Shown here piece after piece: positions 51,010 to 63,191 of a DNA stretch of 64,000 nucleotides. Source of the DNA: Podarcis pityusensis (Eukaryota); the NCBI GenBank assembly GCA_964106645.2, contig OZ067039.1; one strand, 5' to 3'. Position 1 is the first letter of the stretch. Each line of letters opens with the position of its first letter. The translations under genes and the position numbers were made by a program. The notes beneath the pieces were generated by a model. The model was not told the origin of the DNA, did not search any database, and worked only from the letters and a program-made list of their open reading frames with translations.

Positions 51010-51469
51010 ACACATTTTCAAACTCCTATTGGAGTTTTCAAAGTTTGTCCTGTCCAACTGCATCCGGTACTCAACTCTTCCGCACAATATGAACATTTTG
51101 TCCTGTCAGTGAGCCAGACTGACATGTACCCAAGGAGCTCTAATGAGTGCCCCAATGATCTTTACCTACCATCAAGCACACCATCATTTTATTCTAAAAG
51201 CCTGAACCAACTTTTTTCCACCATCAGAAGTGGTACATCTCCCCAAAAGCGAGATTTCCAGGTAACAGATTTGGAAGCAGTGAACTCATCTCTTTGCAGG
51301 ATGAAATGAGTCATCCTACTCTTCAATGGAAGTACGAAACACAAATGTGTAAGGCACATACCCAAGGCACCCTAATGATTATACCTGCTCCAGTGTAGGT
51401 TTGCATGGTTCATGGCAACTTTTAAGAAAATTGCTGCTAATACGTTTTCCATAAATAAATCAAAACAGG

Positions 51470-51800
51470 AATTTGTTTCTAAATGGGAGGTTTTCAAAGA
51501 ATATCTGAAAAATAAATATAGTAGTTTAAATTCTGTTGCAGCATTCGAGCATTCAAGGAACTTCAGTAATAGTTGCTAGGTAGATAGAAGAAATTAGATT
51601 TATTGAGAATAAGTTTAATTATGAAAAAAATGTGTATTGGCAATAAGTAATATGAATTTGAAATATGGAATGGACGGGAAGTTGGGTCTTTAGTGTTAAG
51701 ACCAATAGATGTTTTATTGTTTGCCAAGAAAATTATGTGTCTATGGTTATTTTTGTAATTTGTGTGTAATTTGGTATTTGTGTTTTTTTGTGTGTTTGTG
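51470..51800 (+). mobile_element. Old L1-like ORF2 end and 3'UTR fragment
   Basis: KWEVFKEYLKNK resembles WKKFKDYLQK at the end of the 23111 element and is followed by a T/G-rich UTR; approximate bounds. Confidence 0.5.
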
Positions 51801-52446
51801 TAAGCTGCTAGGGTTTCATACTACGTAGCCTGATCTTCCAGATCCTCTCCTCCCTGTATTACCTTGACCAGACATAGGCCTATGCCTGACCTTGACTATT
51901 ATCCAGGAAAGACATGAGATCCCTAATCAAAGCACTGTAGGGTGTTACAGGTCTTGCATCTGGCCTTTCAGATTGACATCAGTTAAACATCTTAATGGAA
52001 TCCAAGATATACATAGATACAGAAATCTTAACCAGTCCTGAAGAACAAAAAATCCACTATGTAGGATCTTTTGTTTCAGTTCTCAAATGCAAGACCACCT
52101 AGAGATTCACAAGGATATGTGCTCCTTTCCCTTACTTTGCCACGAGACATCATCATAATTGTGATATCGATCTTACAAAACTAAAACTCCTGGATTCAAG
52201 CCAGGGGGCTAACCTTTTCCAGCCAAGGGCTGCACTGACCCATGCCCAACGCTGTGAGCAGCACGGTAAAGTGGGCTAAGGCCAAAGAAGGAAATTAATC
52301 CCTTTTATTATCTTTCCATCTAAAGTCAACCCATTTCTTTCCTTCCCCAATTCATTCTATTTGTATTTTCTTTTATATACTTTTAGCTGATTGTTTTCCC
52401 TCAAAGTCCCACTTCCCCCACTCAAAATTCCCACAAATTCATTTTG

Positions 52447-52452
52447 TTTATT
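52447..52452 (-). terminator. Candidate poly(A) signal for the proximal PFKFB4 terminal exon
   Basis: Minus-strand AATAAA followed by GU/G-rich sequence; an ATTAAA at 54627-32 is an alternative. Confidence 0.4.
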
Positions 52453-52903
52453 CACTGTGATGCTGATGCCATTGGTTTTCTTTGTTCTGCTGACACGGGG
52501 AGAGGAGAGAAATTGCCAAAAACTTTTCAAATAAGAAGCCATCCTCTTAGCTGATGGGTTGACCACTCCTGATCTAAGCAATGTAACCATGAGCACCACC
52601 GAAGCTGATTCTCCAGCCCCAACCCCCAACATGAAGTTAAGTCTAGTGAAAATCAGTTGAACAAAGCAAGTGCCTCTGCTGGGAGAGAGGCTGTTCCTGG
52701 GAACATCTCTGGCCCCTATAATAGTTTTGTTTATATGTGGCATTGCAGGATTCAAGGGACAACCCTTTTTCTAATCTACCAAACTTGTTTACAAGATGCT
52801 TAGAATTTAGAGTATGTAAGTTAGCAGTAGCTACACTGCTTTGGTTTGGTTTTGTGAATCACCCTGGGAATTATTTGGCTGGCAGGAAGTATGAAATGAT
52901 TTA

Positions 52904-53145
52904 CGGTGGTACCTTGGGTTACATACGCTTCAGGTTACATACGCTTCAGGTTACAGACTCCGCTAACCCAGAAATAGTACCTCGGGTTAAGAACTTTACC
53001 TCAGGATGAGAACAGAAATCGTGCTCCGGCGGTGCGGTGGCAGCGGGAGGTCCCATTAGCTAAAGTGGTGCTTCAGGTTAAGAACAGTTTCAGGTTAAGA
53101 ATGGACCTCTGGAACGAATTAAGTACTTAACCCGAGGTACCACTG
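52904..53145. mobile_element. Tc1/mariner MITE, subfamily B (inverted relative to the 9263 copy)
   Basis: TA TSD and the same TIRs; its reverse complement aligns along the whole 9263-9474 copy. Confidence 0.9.
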
Positions 53146-54686
53146 TATTTATTTTTTAAGTATTGCAGTTTACTGGCCCACCTCGACATATGGGGAAGCT
53201 CCACCTTTTTCCTTTTGGAATTTTAGAGCATCATCTTGAGGCACAAATGCCATTGTGTGCACTAGAATGTTTTCTTCTCAGACCCCCCCCCCCCCAAAGC
53301 TGCTTTTGAATCTCCAAGGAGGTAAATTTATGTCAGGGGTTGGGAACTTCATGCCTGGGGGCTTCTCTGTCTGGGTCTCAGGACTCTCCTCAGGCTCCTC
53401 CTCTTCCTCCTCAGCAACATACCCTCTCTCCCCAGGCCACACCCCTCAGCAGCCCAACTTTGCACCATCTACAGCGTAGAATGTAGAAGCAGCAGGGAAA
53501 GCAGTAGTTGTGTATTATTCCTTTCCACAAGTGCCATTTCTTTACTCCATATTGACAGTGGTTCTATCCAGAAGTGTTCCAAATGCATGTTTACCCTGGT
53601 ATTAGTAATGTCTAGTAACTTCACGGGAGTAAGCAATAGCAGTTTGCCTCCGTTTGCCAAACCGTAGAAGAAATATATTTCTATGATTCTACTTTATAAA
53701 GAAAACAAATTAAGACATTACTACTATGAGTCCTCTTCATATAAATTATAAATTAGGGCTGCCACCCTATTAAAAACACCTTAGTTGACTGATTGAATCT
53801 ATTAACTAAAATTCATGCCATTTCCAGAAATTGCATCTGAATAGAATGAAAGAGTCCTGAAGCAAGAAGCATATTTCTTTTTTTCTTATAAAATGTTTAG
53901 TTTAGTTATAGCAGGCAACCTCTTAGAAGAGGCATTCCTTCTCATGTGAACGAAAAGAGAAAGGCCTCTTTTTAATGGGTGTTTAAAAGAGTCTTAACAC
54001 CACCTGCAGTTGTGTTTTTTTTAAAAACCTAACAATATTTTTAAATTAGCTTTTAAAAATCAGCTGTCAAAGTAATTAGAAGTACAAATTAAACTTTAAA
54101 TGATCAATTAATCCCATAATAAATTTTGCAGACCTTTTTTTGAAATCACAGAAATACATCTTCCACAAAGACAGGGGCAAGAACACTATTTCCCACAAGC
54201 TACTATTAAACAGTCATAGAATTCTATGGTTCTATGAATTAGCAGACTATCTACATTGCCGATACTATTCACTAGCTGCAGAACTAACTGTAGAAAGACA
54301 TGCTTCTCTATGTAAAACAATCCAATCACTCAAGAGAAAATAAAAATACTCATTAATAGACAACTGCCCCATATTATCTCCCAACAGGGTTTGAGTGTTT
54401 GATCAAGCTGTAATGGACATAAAACATCAGGTTTAAAATTAGCAATCACCAATTGATCAAGTGTTATATCAGAGAAGCCAGTAATCAGATGGCTCAGCCA
54501 ATTAGTTCCAATCCAGGGGGTAGGGGACAATAAGATTTGATTGTTTGATTTCTAAAAGCCACGAGCTACACAAAAACTGATATTATCTGTGGATGATTCC
54601 AAAGTGATTGGAACGATTGAAATAATTTTAATATAATATGATGAAAAGAAGCACCACACGTTTCATAGCTGATCAGGACACGGGCT

Positions 54687-54746
54687 TCACTGGTGAGCAG
54701 GGACAGTTACAAGGGCTTCCTCGGGAGGTCTTGAAATGTCTACATT
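54687..54746 (-). CDS. PFKFB4: PFKFB4 canonical terminal coding exon (NVDISRPPEEALVTVPAHQ*)
   Basis: acacag| in phase 0; the peptide matches the PFKFB4 C-terminus as I recall it and differs from PFKFB1-3. Confidence 0.95.
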   Translation of the reverse strand, partial: NVDISRPPEEALVTVPAHQ

Positions 54747-55140
54747 CTGTGTAATAATAAAAATACAGAGGAAAATGTTTATCATGCAACATGGCCGGTC
54801 AGCTTTCTTCACAAGTAAACAGCCGAGCTTGTTAAATTAACAAATATAGTCACTTATCTAGAGCAATAAAGCTTTTTTTAAAACAGAGACAGCGGAATTG
54901 CCCTCTTTATAGACTGCATTTAATAATTCTGTGGACCACAGGCTAAGTGCTGGCAGCTCTCCTCAAAACACACACACAGAAACTGCTTATGTTTAGAGTA
55001 TCTCAACTATATAACTATATTTAAAAGCTTGTAATTCATTACATTATGCATAGCACATTCATACTGCAAAAAGCAAGTCTTATCAGCCGGATACCATTAA
55101 ATAAAAGTGAACAGTTGGGAGGGGGTTGGGTGCCAGGAGA

Positions 55141-55303
55141 AGGGCCATAGCTCAGTGGTAGAGCATCTCTTGACATCTGCAAGCAGAGCTGGAGGAAAAG
55201 CTCCTATCTGAAAACATGGAGAGAGTCACTCACTGAATACAGACAGTACTGAACTAGATGGACCAATGGCTGAGTCAGTATAACACAGCTTCCTACATTC
55301 CTA
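55141..55303 (+). mobile_element. Squam3-like SINE with an internal deletion
   Basis: AGGGCCATAGCTCAGTGGTAGAGCA ... CTAGATGGACCAATGG ... GCTTCCTACATTCCTA. Confidence 0.7.
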
Positions 55304-55355
55304 TGTGCATAGGTTCTACTGGAATCATTTTAGTCATATTGTCCCCTGTATATTA

Positions 55356-55522
55356 CTGTATTTTTCCATGTATAAGACTAGGTTTTTTCCCCTAAAAAAT
55401 AATGTCAAAAATTAGGGGGCGTCTTATCCACTGATCCCTCTCCCCCCATTTTCTTAAACCTGGGTCCCCAAAAATAGGGGGCGTTTTATACATGGGGGCG
55501 TCTTATAGACTGAAAAATATGG
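55356..55522. mobile_element. pogo/Tc2-like MITE
   Basis: TA TSD; TIRs CTGTATTTTTCCATGTATAAGAC and (reverse complement) CCATATTTTTCAGTCTATAAGAC. Confidence 0.8.
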
Positions 55523-55791
55523 TAGTTCCTACTGTCTAGGATAGCATACATTTCCATGTCTTTCAGTCATGAAGCTATAACTACAGCCCTCAAATTATAT
55601 GGAGAACTCCCCAATAACTGAGTATTTGGCACAAAATTAGATCAAATCCTGCAACCATTAAGAGACTGTTCTCTTCTTTAAGTTACTCAGAATAAGTACA
55701 TGAGCTTTTTTTAAAAAAAAACCTCAGCCAGATGGGCGGGGTATAAATAATAAATTATTATAATGCTTCTGCTCATTGTGAGGAAGGACAA

Positions 55792-56030
55792 GATTGGACA
55801 ACTTCACAGAGGAGAGGACTATGGATGGTGGCTAGCCATGATGGCTATTCTCTGCCTCCACAACTGGAAGCAGCAAAGCTTCTGAATGACAGTTGTTGGA
55901 AAGCACGGGAGGGGAGAGTGATCGAATCCTGCTTGCTGGTCTCCCGCAGGCATCTGGTCAGCCACTGTGAGAACAGGATACTAGAGCAGATGAGCCACTG
56001 TCCTGATCCAGAAAGCTCTTCTGATGTTTT
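55792..56030 (+). mobile_element. CR1 3' end fragment (related piece at about 34805-34910)
   Basis: GGCATCTGGTCAGCCACTGTGAGAACAGGAT... shared with 5480-5710 and 34829-34860. Confidence 0.6.
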
Positions 56031-57840
56031 TATAAGAAGCTCTAATGGGCCTTAGAGCCGAGCCTCCTCTTCTGCCACCTCAGCCCTGGAAACCATTTCC
56101 TTTCATTGGCCCCTTCCAGACTTCTGAAATGTCACAAGTTGTGCCTTCACGTTCTGAAGTTTATCAGCACAGCAGGAACAGCTGAAGACAGAACTCTTAA
56201 GGTCAATTCACTGCTGAAGCATCATGGGTCTATGCTAGCACTGCATCATGGTTGTGCCAGTGCAACTGCAGCAGCAGTATTTATGTATCAGGAGCACAAA
56301 ATGCCGTGAACTTAGGTACTAGAAACCTCCGAACAAATGGGTTCAGAACAAACAACAGAAGAACAGAACACTATCCGTTGCCTTCTCAGAACCTTTAAGG
56401 CAAGGGTTGTCAATGCACTGCCCTCCAGAGGCTGTTGGACTCCAAATCCCATCAGCCCCAGCCAGGACAGCCAATGGTCAGGGATGATGCAACTTGTAGT
56501 CCAACAACATGTCAATCTCCCTTGCTTTAGGCTTATGCTAGCAGTGCCTCAACCCACCCTGGGAACTTGGGAACTCTTCAATTGTGGATAAAGAAGAAGA
56601 AGGAAAAGTTTCCCTTTGGGATAACACTACCTGTGCTTGCCATAACAGTCCTGATTAATGCAAAACAGAAAAACAACAAACATGGCTGAGAAGCAGGAAG
56701 TGGAGCGGGAGAAATGAGGACTAGGCCACCACCTGGATGAGGGCACACTCTCTCTCTTATTCACTCACTAGCCCAAATGAGTATCTAATCACAGGAACTG
56801 TCTGCGGCTAATGAATATCATCACTACTTTTCACATCTCTCTCCTTTCTCTCCACTGATAACCAGGAAGGCTAAGAGGGGGAAAATAAGCAGCACATTTT
56901 ATTTATTCATTTCCTTTAGAGCACTTCCTTACTCCTGAATATATAAAAAGACCTTTAAGCAGTCTACAGAAAGGGGGAACCCTCATATGAAACAGTTCAC
57001 AGAAATTACTAATAAATATTTACAGACAGCATATTCACCTTCTACAACACCTCTCAGCCTCCTGGCTCTCATCCATGGCCCAAACAAACTTTCAGACTAA
57101 CCCCAAAATAACTCACAACAAAGAGGGTTCCTGAAACGTGCTGGCATTACCATAGTTCTTTACTCTCGGGCTTGCTTTTATGGGCAATCAATCCTAAGAA
57201 ACAGGTGAAACTGTGTTCTATGGGATTTACTCCCAACTATGTGAGTAGGGAACTGCACCCCTGTGTGTGTACACAGGTTGGCTAGTAATATTGGAAGACA
57301 TGTATATGGCCGGCTTGTATTCTTATTGTGACAAAACATCGTTAAACCTGCTACCCAAAACTGTGCAGCTTACAATAACTACTTACTTTCAGTATCCAAA
57401 CATTGTAAAACAGGAATTTGGCAGCCAGGGCTGGCTAAAATTGTGAGCAGCCTTGGAAAAAAAGTCTTAGTGGCTGTTTTGATTCATTTGATATCCAGTA
57501 TCATTTTACCATAATCAAGAATATGATGGCAAGAACATGGTAAAAAATCTCCCATGAAACTTCACTAAAAATAGAGTTACTGCTCAATCCTAAAGGACAA
57601 TCTTATCACTGTCAAGAGGATACCTACAGTAACCAAAATATGTTCCTTTACGATGAGCCAGAGACCCTGCAACTCAAACCTATGAGACACTGAGCAGCTG
57701 ACAGAAACCAATCCTAAATCTCAAAAATATATTCTAATGTTTTCATCCAGGTTCTGTTCTTCCTGCAGTTTCACACAATTACGCACCATGAAGCCAGATC
57801 AGAACTGAATGCTGGTATTGTGCCGCTGCATCAACCAACC

Positions 57841-57884
57841 CAAACAAACAAACAAACAAACAAACAAACAAACAAACAAACAAA
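57841..57884. repeat. (CAAA)11 microsatellite
   Basis: Read directly from the sequence. Confidence 0.95.
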
Positions 57885-59417
57885 CACATGGTAGCCTTTC
57901 AAGGACTTGCACATTTTACAGAACGAGCGTTTCTTAAACGCTTCAGCATGTCCAGAAAAGCTTCTCTCTCACCTTTTTATTCACACACAGTTTAAATGGA
58001 AACCGTTAACAGCTGCCTACCAACCAAGTGGCCATGGATGAGTCATTTGTGAAACACTCCTTGATCAAAAGAGTAAGGCAACACTGTTAAAGCTGCTAAA
58101 AACACACAGCATTCAGATCCAACAGAGCGACTTAACGCAATGAAAATACTGTCTTGAGTTAAGTAAACAATTGGGTGGCAGCACAACTGCAGCACAATTC
58201 CTAATCGTGGCAGTTTTTAGGGCTTTCATTGAACAGCTTGCTATCTGCTCTGCATCACTGCTCACCATAGCATCACCTGAATACAAGGCTACCGACTGTC
58301 ACAATTGAGGCACTGTTATTTCCCCGAAGTGGAGTCGTATAATTAGCTGCCAAATTCACTCAGATGACATACGCTGTATTATGAAAGCATTGTGCAGTTA
58401 GAGAGTGTCATAATGTTGTCATGAAGGAGAGAAGATTCCATGAAACGCAAGTAAAGCAGGCATGAAGATGATGAGTTGTCAGAGAATAAAACAATTTCCT
58501 TTGTTTTGCAGAGCATTTATCTGAAGTTCCAAAATCCACTACAAGCTTCATTTTAAAAAATGCTCAAATTAAATGACTGTTGTGTGCGCCACTGCACATG
58601 ACCTCTTGTTCTATTTCATTTCTCCTCAATAAGTCAGAGACCATGTGCAGAAGGTGATGACATCACAAAAAATAGGTATATAATGAAGATCTGGTCATTT
58701 TCTAGCATCACAAAGGAGCAAACACAGCAAATTTCCCTCTATTTTTAATGGTATATAATTAGGCATTTGTGTGCTAATTCTCTAGTAGAAATAATGACAT
58801 GTTTGGGAGCTTCCAATCTTATCATCACCCCAGGCCATTCAAACCAATGACACTAAACTATCTCACTTTGGTTACTGTTTCTCAAGGGACTTATTAAAAA
58901 ACTTGCAGAATAATTACCACTGGTTCAGTCTACATAAATATATCTTGCAATGCATTATACATAGCCCTTGATTTTTATTCTAATGTTCACCAAACCCACA
59001 CATGCAAGAGTGACAAGATATAAGAGGCCCGACTTCATACTTGAGCAGGCCATTTATCCTGTGCAGGTTGTACTTTTGTTTGACCTCATAACTTGGGCTA
59101 TAAATATGCACCATTTTGTCATACTTGAATCCAATAACATCAACAGGCATGACCAGCACATTCTTGTTATCCTGACTCAAGAGCGGCAAGGGTTTCACCA
59201 GCGATATATCACCAAGATGAAGGCACCATCGTGCTCTGGCCCTCAAAACAGTCCTGGCCAATGTATTGATTCATCACCCAGGCCTAGTGCATACATGAGA
59301 GATGGGGGGAGGGGGATACATGGCTCTCTTGATTGGCAAATCATGTAGACACCTCCCCACGCAGCTAGTAGCCTCTTAATAAGTACAGTCATCCCAACTT
59401 TCAGCATGCCAGAGAAT

Positions 59418-59435
59418 TCAGTGGGAGGCTTCCTT
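59418..59435 (-). CDS. Candidate short alternative PFKFB4 terminal exon (KEASH*)
   Basis: About 50 nt of U-rich tract ending ctcttcattttag|, phase-0 compatible; minus-strand AATAAA at 58974-79. Confidence 0.35.
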   Translation of the reverse strand, partial: KEASH

Positions 59436-59727
59436 CTAAAATGAAGAGCAAAGCGTAAAGTCAAAATCAAACAAAACAAAAGTACAAAGAAAACTGGTCC
59501 GAGCTCTCCTTCACATCCACACAGGCAGCTAGCCACGGAGAAGCACCCACACAATTTGGGTATCTGGCATTAATGAGGCTGCTTCAATAATGTGTGAAAG
59601 TAGTCAGAGTGGCCTAAATAAGGCATAATGCAAGAAAAAGGGTGGGAAAAAGAAGAAGGGGCTGCAACAAAGGTTGCGGTAACATGCCTGCAGGGCATTA
59701 AATATGAGAGAATAGCAGCATACTTTG

Positions 59728-59787
59728 TAATATAATATAATATAATATAATATAATATAATATAATATAATATAATATAATATAATA
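59728..59787. repeat. (TAATA)12 microsatellite
   Basis: Read directly from the sequence. Confidence 0.95.
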
Positions 59788-60043
59788 TATAATACACACT
59801 TACATACTTGGTTGTGTACAAACCTATACTCCAAAGGTGAAGCTAGATATCAAAGCACAGGTACCTACAATATTCCCACAATATCCTTTAGGAATGGAAA
59901 ACTGGGGCAGGAGAGAGTGCTTAACTCTTTCCCTGCTTTTCTTTCTTGTTCCCAGTTATTCAACTTTAAACCAGTCTCCATCACCACCACCATTCCGCCT
60001 GCAGAGTTGCAAATTCTCATTTGTGACAGCAGAAGACACCTAC

Positions 60044-60108
60044 CTGTGGTTTGTCTCTGTGCGTATTTACAGCTTCAACATTCAGAAATATAGACTCCAC
60101 CTTGCAAC
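60044..60108 (-). CDS. PFKFB4: PFKFB4 penultimate coding exon ([21 protein letters not shown])
   Basis: ttacag| ... |gtaggt; 65 nt, ends in phase 0. Confidence 0.96.
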
Positions 60109-60330
60109 CTGTAAACAGAAGTAAACTTTCAGATGTTTGTCTTCCTTGTTTTGGGAGCCGCCATCACTGTAAAATCCGTTCTTGTTTCCATCTCCACATT
60201 GGGAATGATAATACTTTAAAAGTCAGTAATGACTAAGCCCATTGAAACTAATGGATCTACTCAAGAGTATGACTTAAGATACAAAAGCATTAAGATACAA
60301 AATGAATTTGCAATTCACAATTTATTTTGG

Positions 60331-60345
60331 ACACTAGATGTCACT
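60331..60345 (+). promoter_or_regulatory. CTCF-like site ACACTAGATGTCACT
   Basis: 13/15 match to CCACTAGATGGCACT. Confidence 0.35.
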
Positions 60346-61408
60346 ACAGACTTCTGTTTGCTTAAAAGAACAACCACATATTAAGAGTGCTCCACTCCAG
60401 CTACAAAGAACAAGAACACAGTGAATGGTAACCAATGTACTTTAGCTGAACCAGCTAGAATTTCAAAATTCAGGATTCAAACTCTCTCAGGCTTGAGATC
60501 AGAAAAGGAAAAGGAAGCCAAAGCTTATGCCGCTTCAGAAATTTTATAATGGGCAAAAGGAAACGGAAGATAATACTTAAGATTAAATCAGTTCATAGGG
60601 CAAGCATTTCACACACAACAGTGACGTCAACTTACAAATACATCAACAGCATGAGTTCTAATTTTTATCCTTCACACACCAATAATAAACTCAATGCCCT
60701 AGTGTATACCCTTTAGTCAAAATGGCATCATCTACACACAAGGAGGTGGTAGCAGCAGGGTTCGTACAGGTACAGAGAAAAACCACACAAAACAATGGGG
60801 AAATCTCCCCCAAACAGCCCAATGAGGACAGGACATAGAATGCTGACTTGTCTGCTAGGCAGGGGAAGACTGAAATTTGGGACGGAGGGACATGGAATTG
60901 TGTTTCCCCAAAGAGAGCATGGTTTGCTGGCATCCTTAACACCACCACACTACATTTTATTGCCAATCTGTTTCATGTAAATTCCTAGCCTGCCCCAATC
61001 TGAAGACTCAGGAAGAACAGAGACAAAAAGAATAAATTTTAATTTTAACAGGATGATTAACTAAGCAATCAAATCCCAGTGATGACCTGCACATTTACAA
61101 TCTGCAGTGTGCAACCCTATGCTCACTAACGTGAGAGTAAATCTCTCTGAATTCAATAGGGCTTACATCTGAGTAGGCATGCGTAGGATGGTGCTATAAT
61201 AATAAATAATAATAATAAATTTTATTTATATCCCGCCCTCCCCAGCCGAAGCCGGGCTCAGGGCGGCTAACAACAATCAAATATGAAACACTGTCATGGA
61301 CTTTCTGGTAACTTTATTAAAAAAGTGAACAATTCCTTTTGATATACAAATAACTTTAAACTATTGGATACCTGCCATCGACAAATGTGATGTTTTCCAT
61401 AATAATTA

Positions 61409-61638
61409 CAGTCATACCTCAGGTTACAGACGCTTCAGGTTGCATTTTTTCGGGTTATGGACGCGCCGAAACCCAGAAGTACCAGAACGGGTTACTTCCG
61501 GGTTTTGGCGGTCACGCATGCGCCGAATCGCCGAATCGCAACCCGCATGTGCGCAGACATGCCGCTGCAGGTTGTGAATACTGCGGGTTGCGAACGTGCC
61601 TCCTGCACGGATCACGTTCGCAACCCGAGCGTCCACTG
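61409..61638. mobile_element. Tc1/mariner MITE, subfamily C
   Basis: TA|CAGTCATACCTC ... GAGCGTCCACTG|TA. Confidence 0.85.
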
Positions 61639-61694
61639 TACAGTTAATAGCTGAAATACAAACAGATTCATAGAATACATTTTGAACAGCTTAC

Positions 61695-61757
61695 CATAAG
61701 CCACTGGGGTTAGCTTTAAGACAGTATGCAGTGGGCACTTGAGATAAGGCAGTTGTT
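61695..61757 (-). CDS. PFKFB4: PFKFB4 exon ([22 protein letters not shown])
   Basis: ttttag| ... |gtaagc; 63 nt, in frame. Confidence 0.96.
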
Positions 61758-61845
61758 CTAAAACAGATGGAGAGAAAATAAACTTAATAGAGAGTAACAG
61801 AAATGCCCCTCTTCCAAACCACTAACCATGTTAGTGCAGCAATGG

Positions 61846-62490
61846 AACTGGTCCCCAACATGGCACCTGCACTTGCCATAGTACCCCTAGACATTTTACT
61901 TTGTGTCTACCGGGGCTCCAAGCCACTCACAAATATATATATATATATTTGGGGGGGGGGGGAATACAGCTTTTCTTGAAAGTCTCTCTCTCTCTCAAAC
62001 CACATTTAGCAGTGGTTGTGCAGCAAAGGAAGAGATGTGTAGGTCTCCAGCTGCTCTGCCTGCTTCCTTTTTGTTTCCCAGAAAGCCTCTGGGCCCCACA
62101 TATGCATTCTTCATTGGAAGAGAAAGAAAAGAGTGTGGGGACTCTCAGAGGATGGTGCCTAACCTTCCTGTGCCCCATCCCCAAAACACAACAGAAAAGA
62201 AAGGAAATAAAGGGCTTCTGCCACCGCTTGCATTTTGTTTAATTGTCTCTCATTGTGTATATCTTGCTGCTGCTGCTTGCTTGCTTGTGGCGGGGGGGGG
62301 GGGCAGTGCTTATTTTTTGGAAGATATTTCCTGCTTGTTTTGTCCATGGGGCAATTTGTGTTATTTGCCCTTTCGATTATCAGGTTGTTGTTTTCTTCTT
62401 CTTCTGTGAAACTGAAGAATTTTGTGGTACCTGTGATAGCTTCTTAGATTTCCAAATGTTCCCCTGAGTCCAAAAGGTTGGGGATCCCTT
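61846..62490. mobile_element. Degraded hAT-like non-autonomous element
   Basis: Terminal inverted ends GGTCCCCAAC ... GGTTGGGGATCC; approximate bounds. Confidence 0.5.
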
Positions 62491-62936
62491 ATTTATTTAT
62501 TCAATATAGTTTTATCCTATCTCAAAGAAAACTGAAGCGACTTCCATCATAAAAACAAACAGGCATGATACAGCCATGCCGTCTCTTGGCAACAAATCCT
62601 TTGAGAACTCAGATATCCAAAATTCCAGAAGTTGCCATAATAAAAAGCACCCAGAATTTAAACTCCTGAATAAAAGCTCCTAACTACAGGCTTCAGGAAC
62701 ACAGATTTAAGGAGGGTATTCCACAGGTGGAGCACCATTATGGGACAGGGATGGGGTGGAACAGATCTCCCCTGCCCTGACAACAGAAGGCTGAAAAACC
62801 CAGAGAGTGTCTTCCCTAGATGATCTTAGAGCATAGGAGGTTCACAAAAGCAATGCTGATATCCCAGAAAAGCAAGTGTTGATTAAAGAAGCATTTGACC
62901 CATGCACAGGTGAAAATGTAAGTCTGACATGAGTCA

Positions 62937-63191
<255 letters not shown>

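Noticed and set aside
58968-59554. Cluster of 93-126 aa ORFs in the PFKFB4 last intron
   Set aside because: Near-cognate (TTG) starts and no recognisable similarity; only the KEASH* acceptor is kept as a candidate.
61901-62467. Multiple overlapping ORFs up to 168 aa
   Set aside because: Low-complexity interior of a degraded DNA transposon with no transposase motifs.
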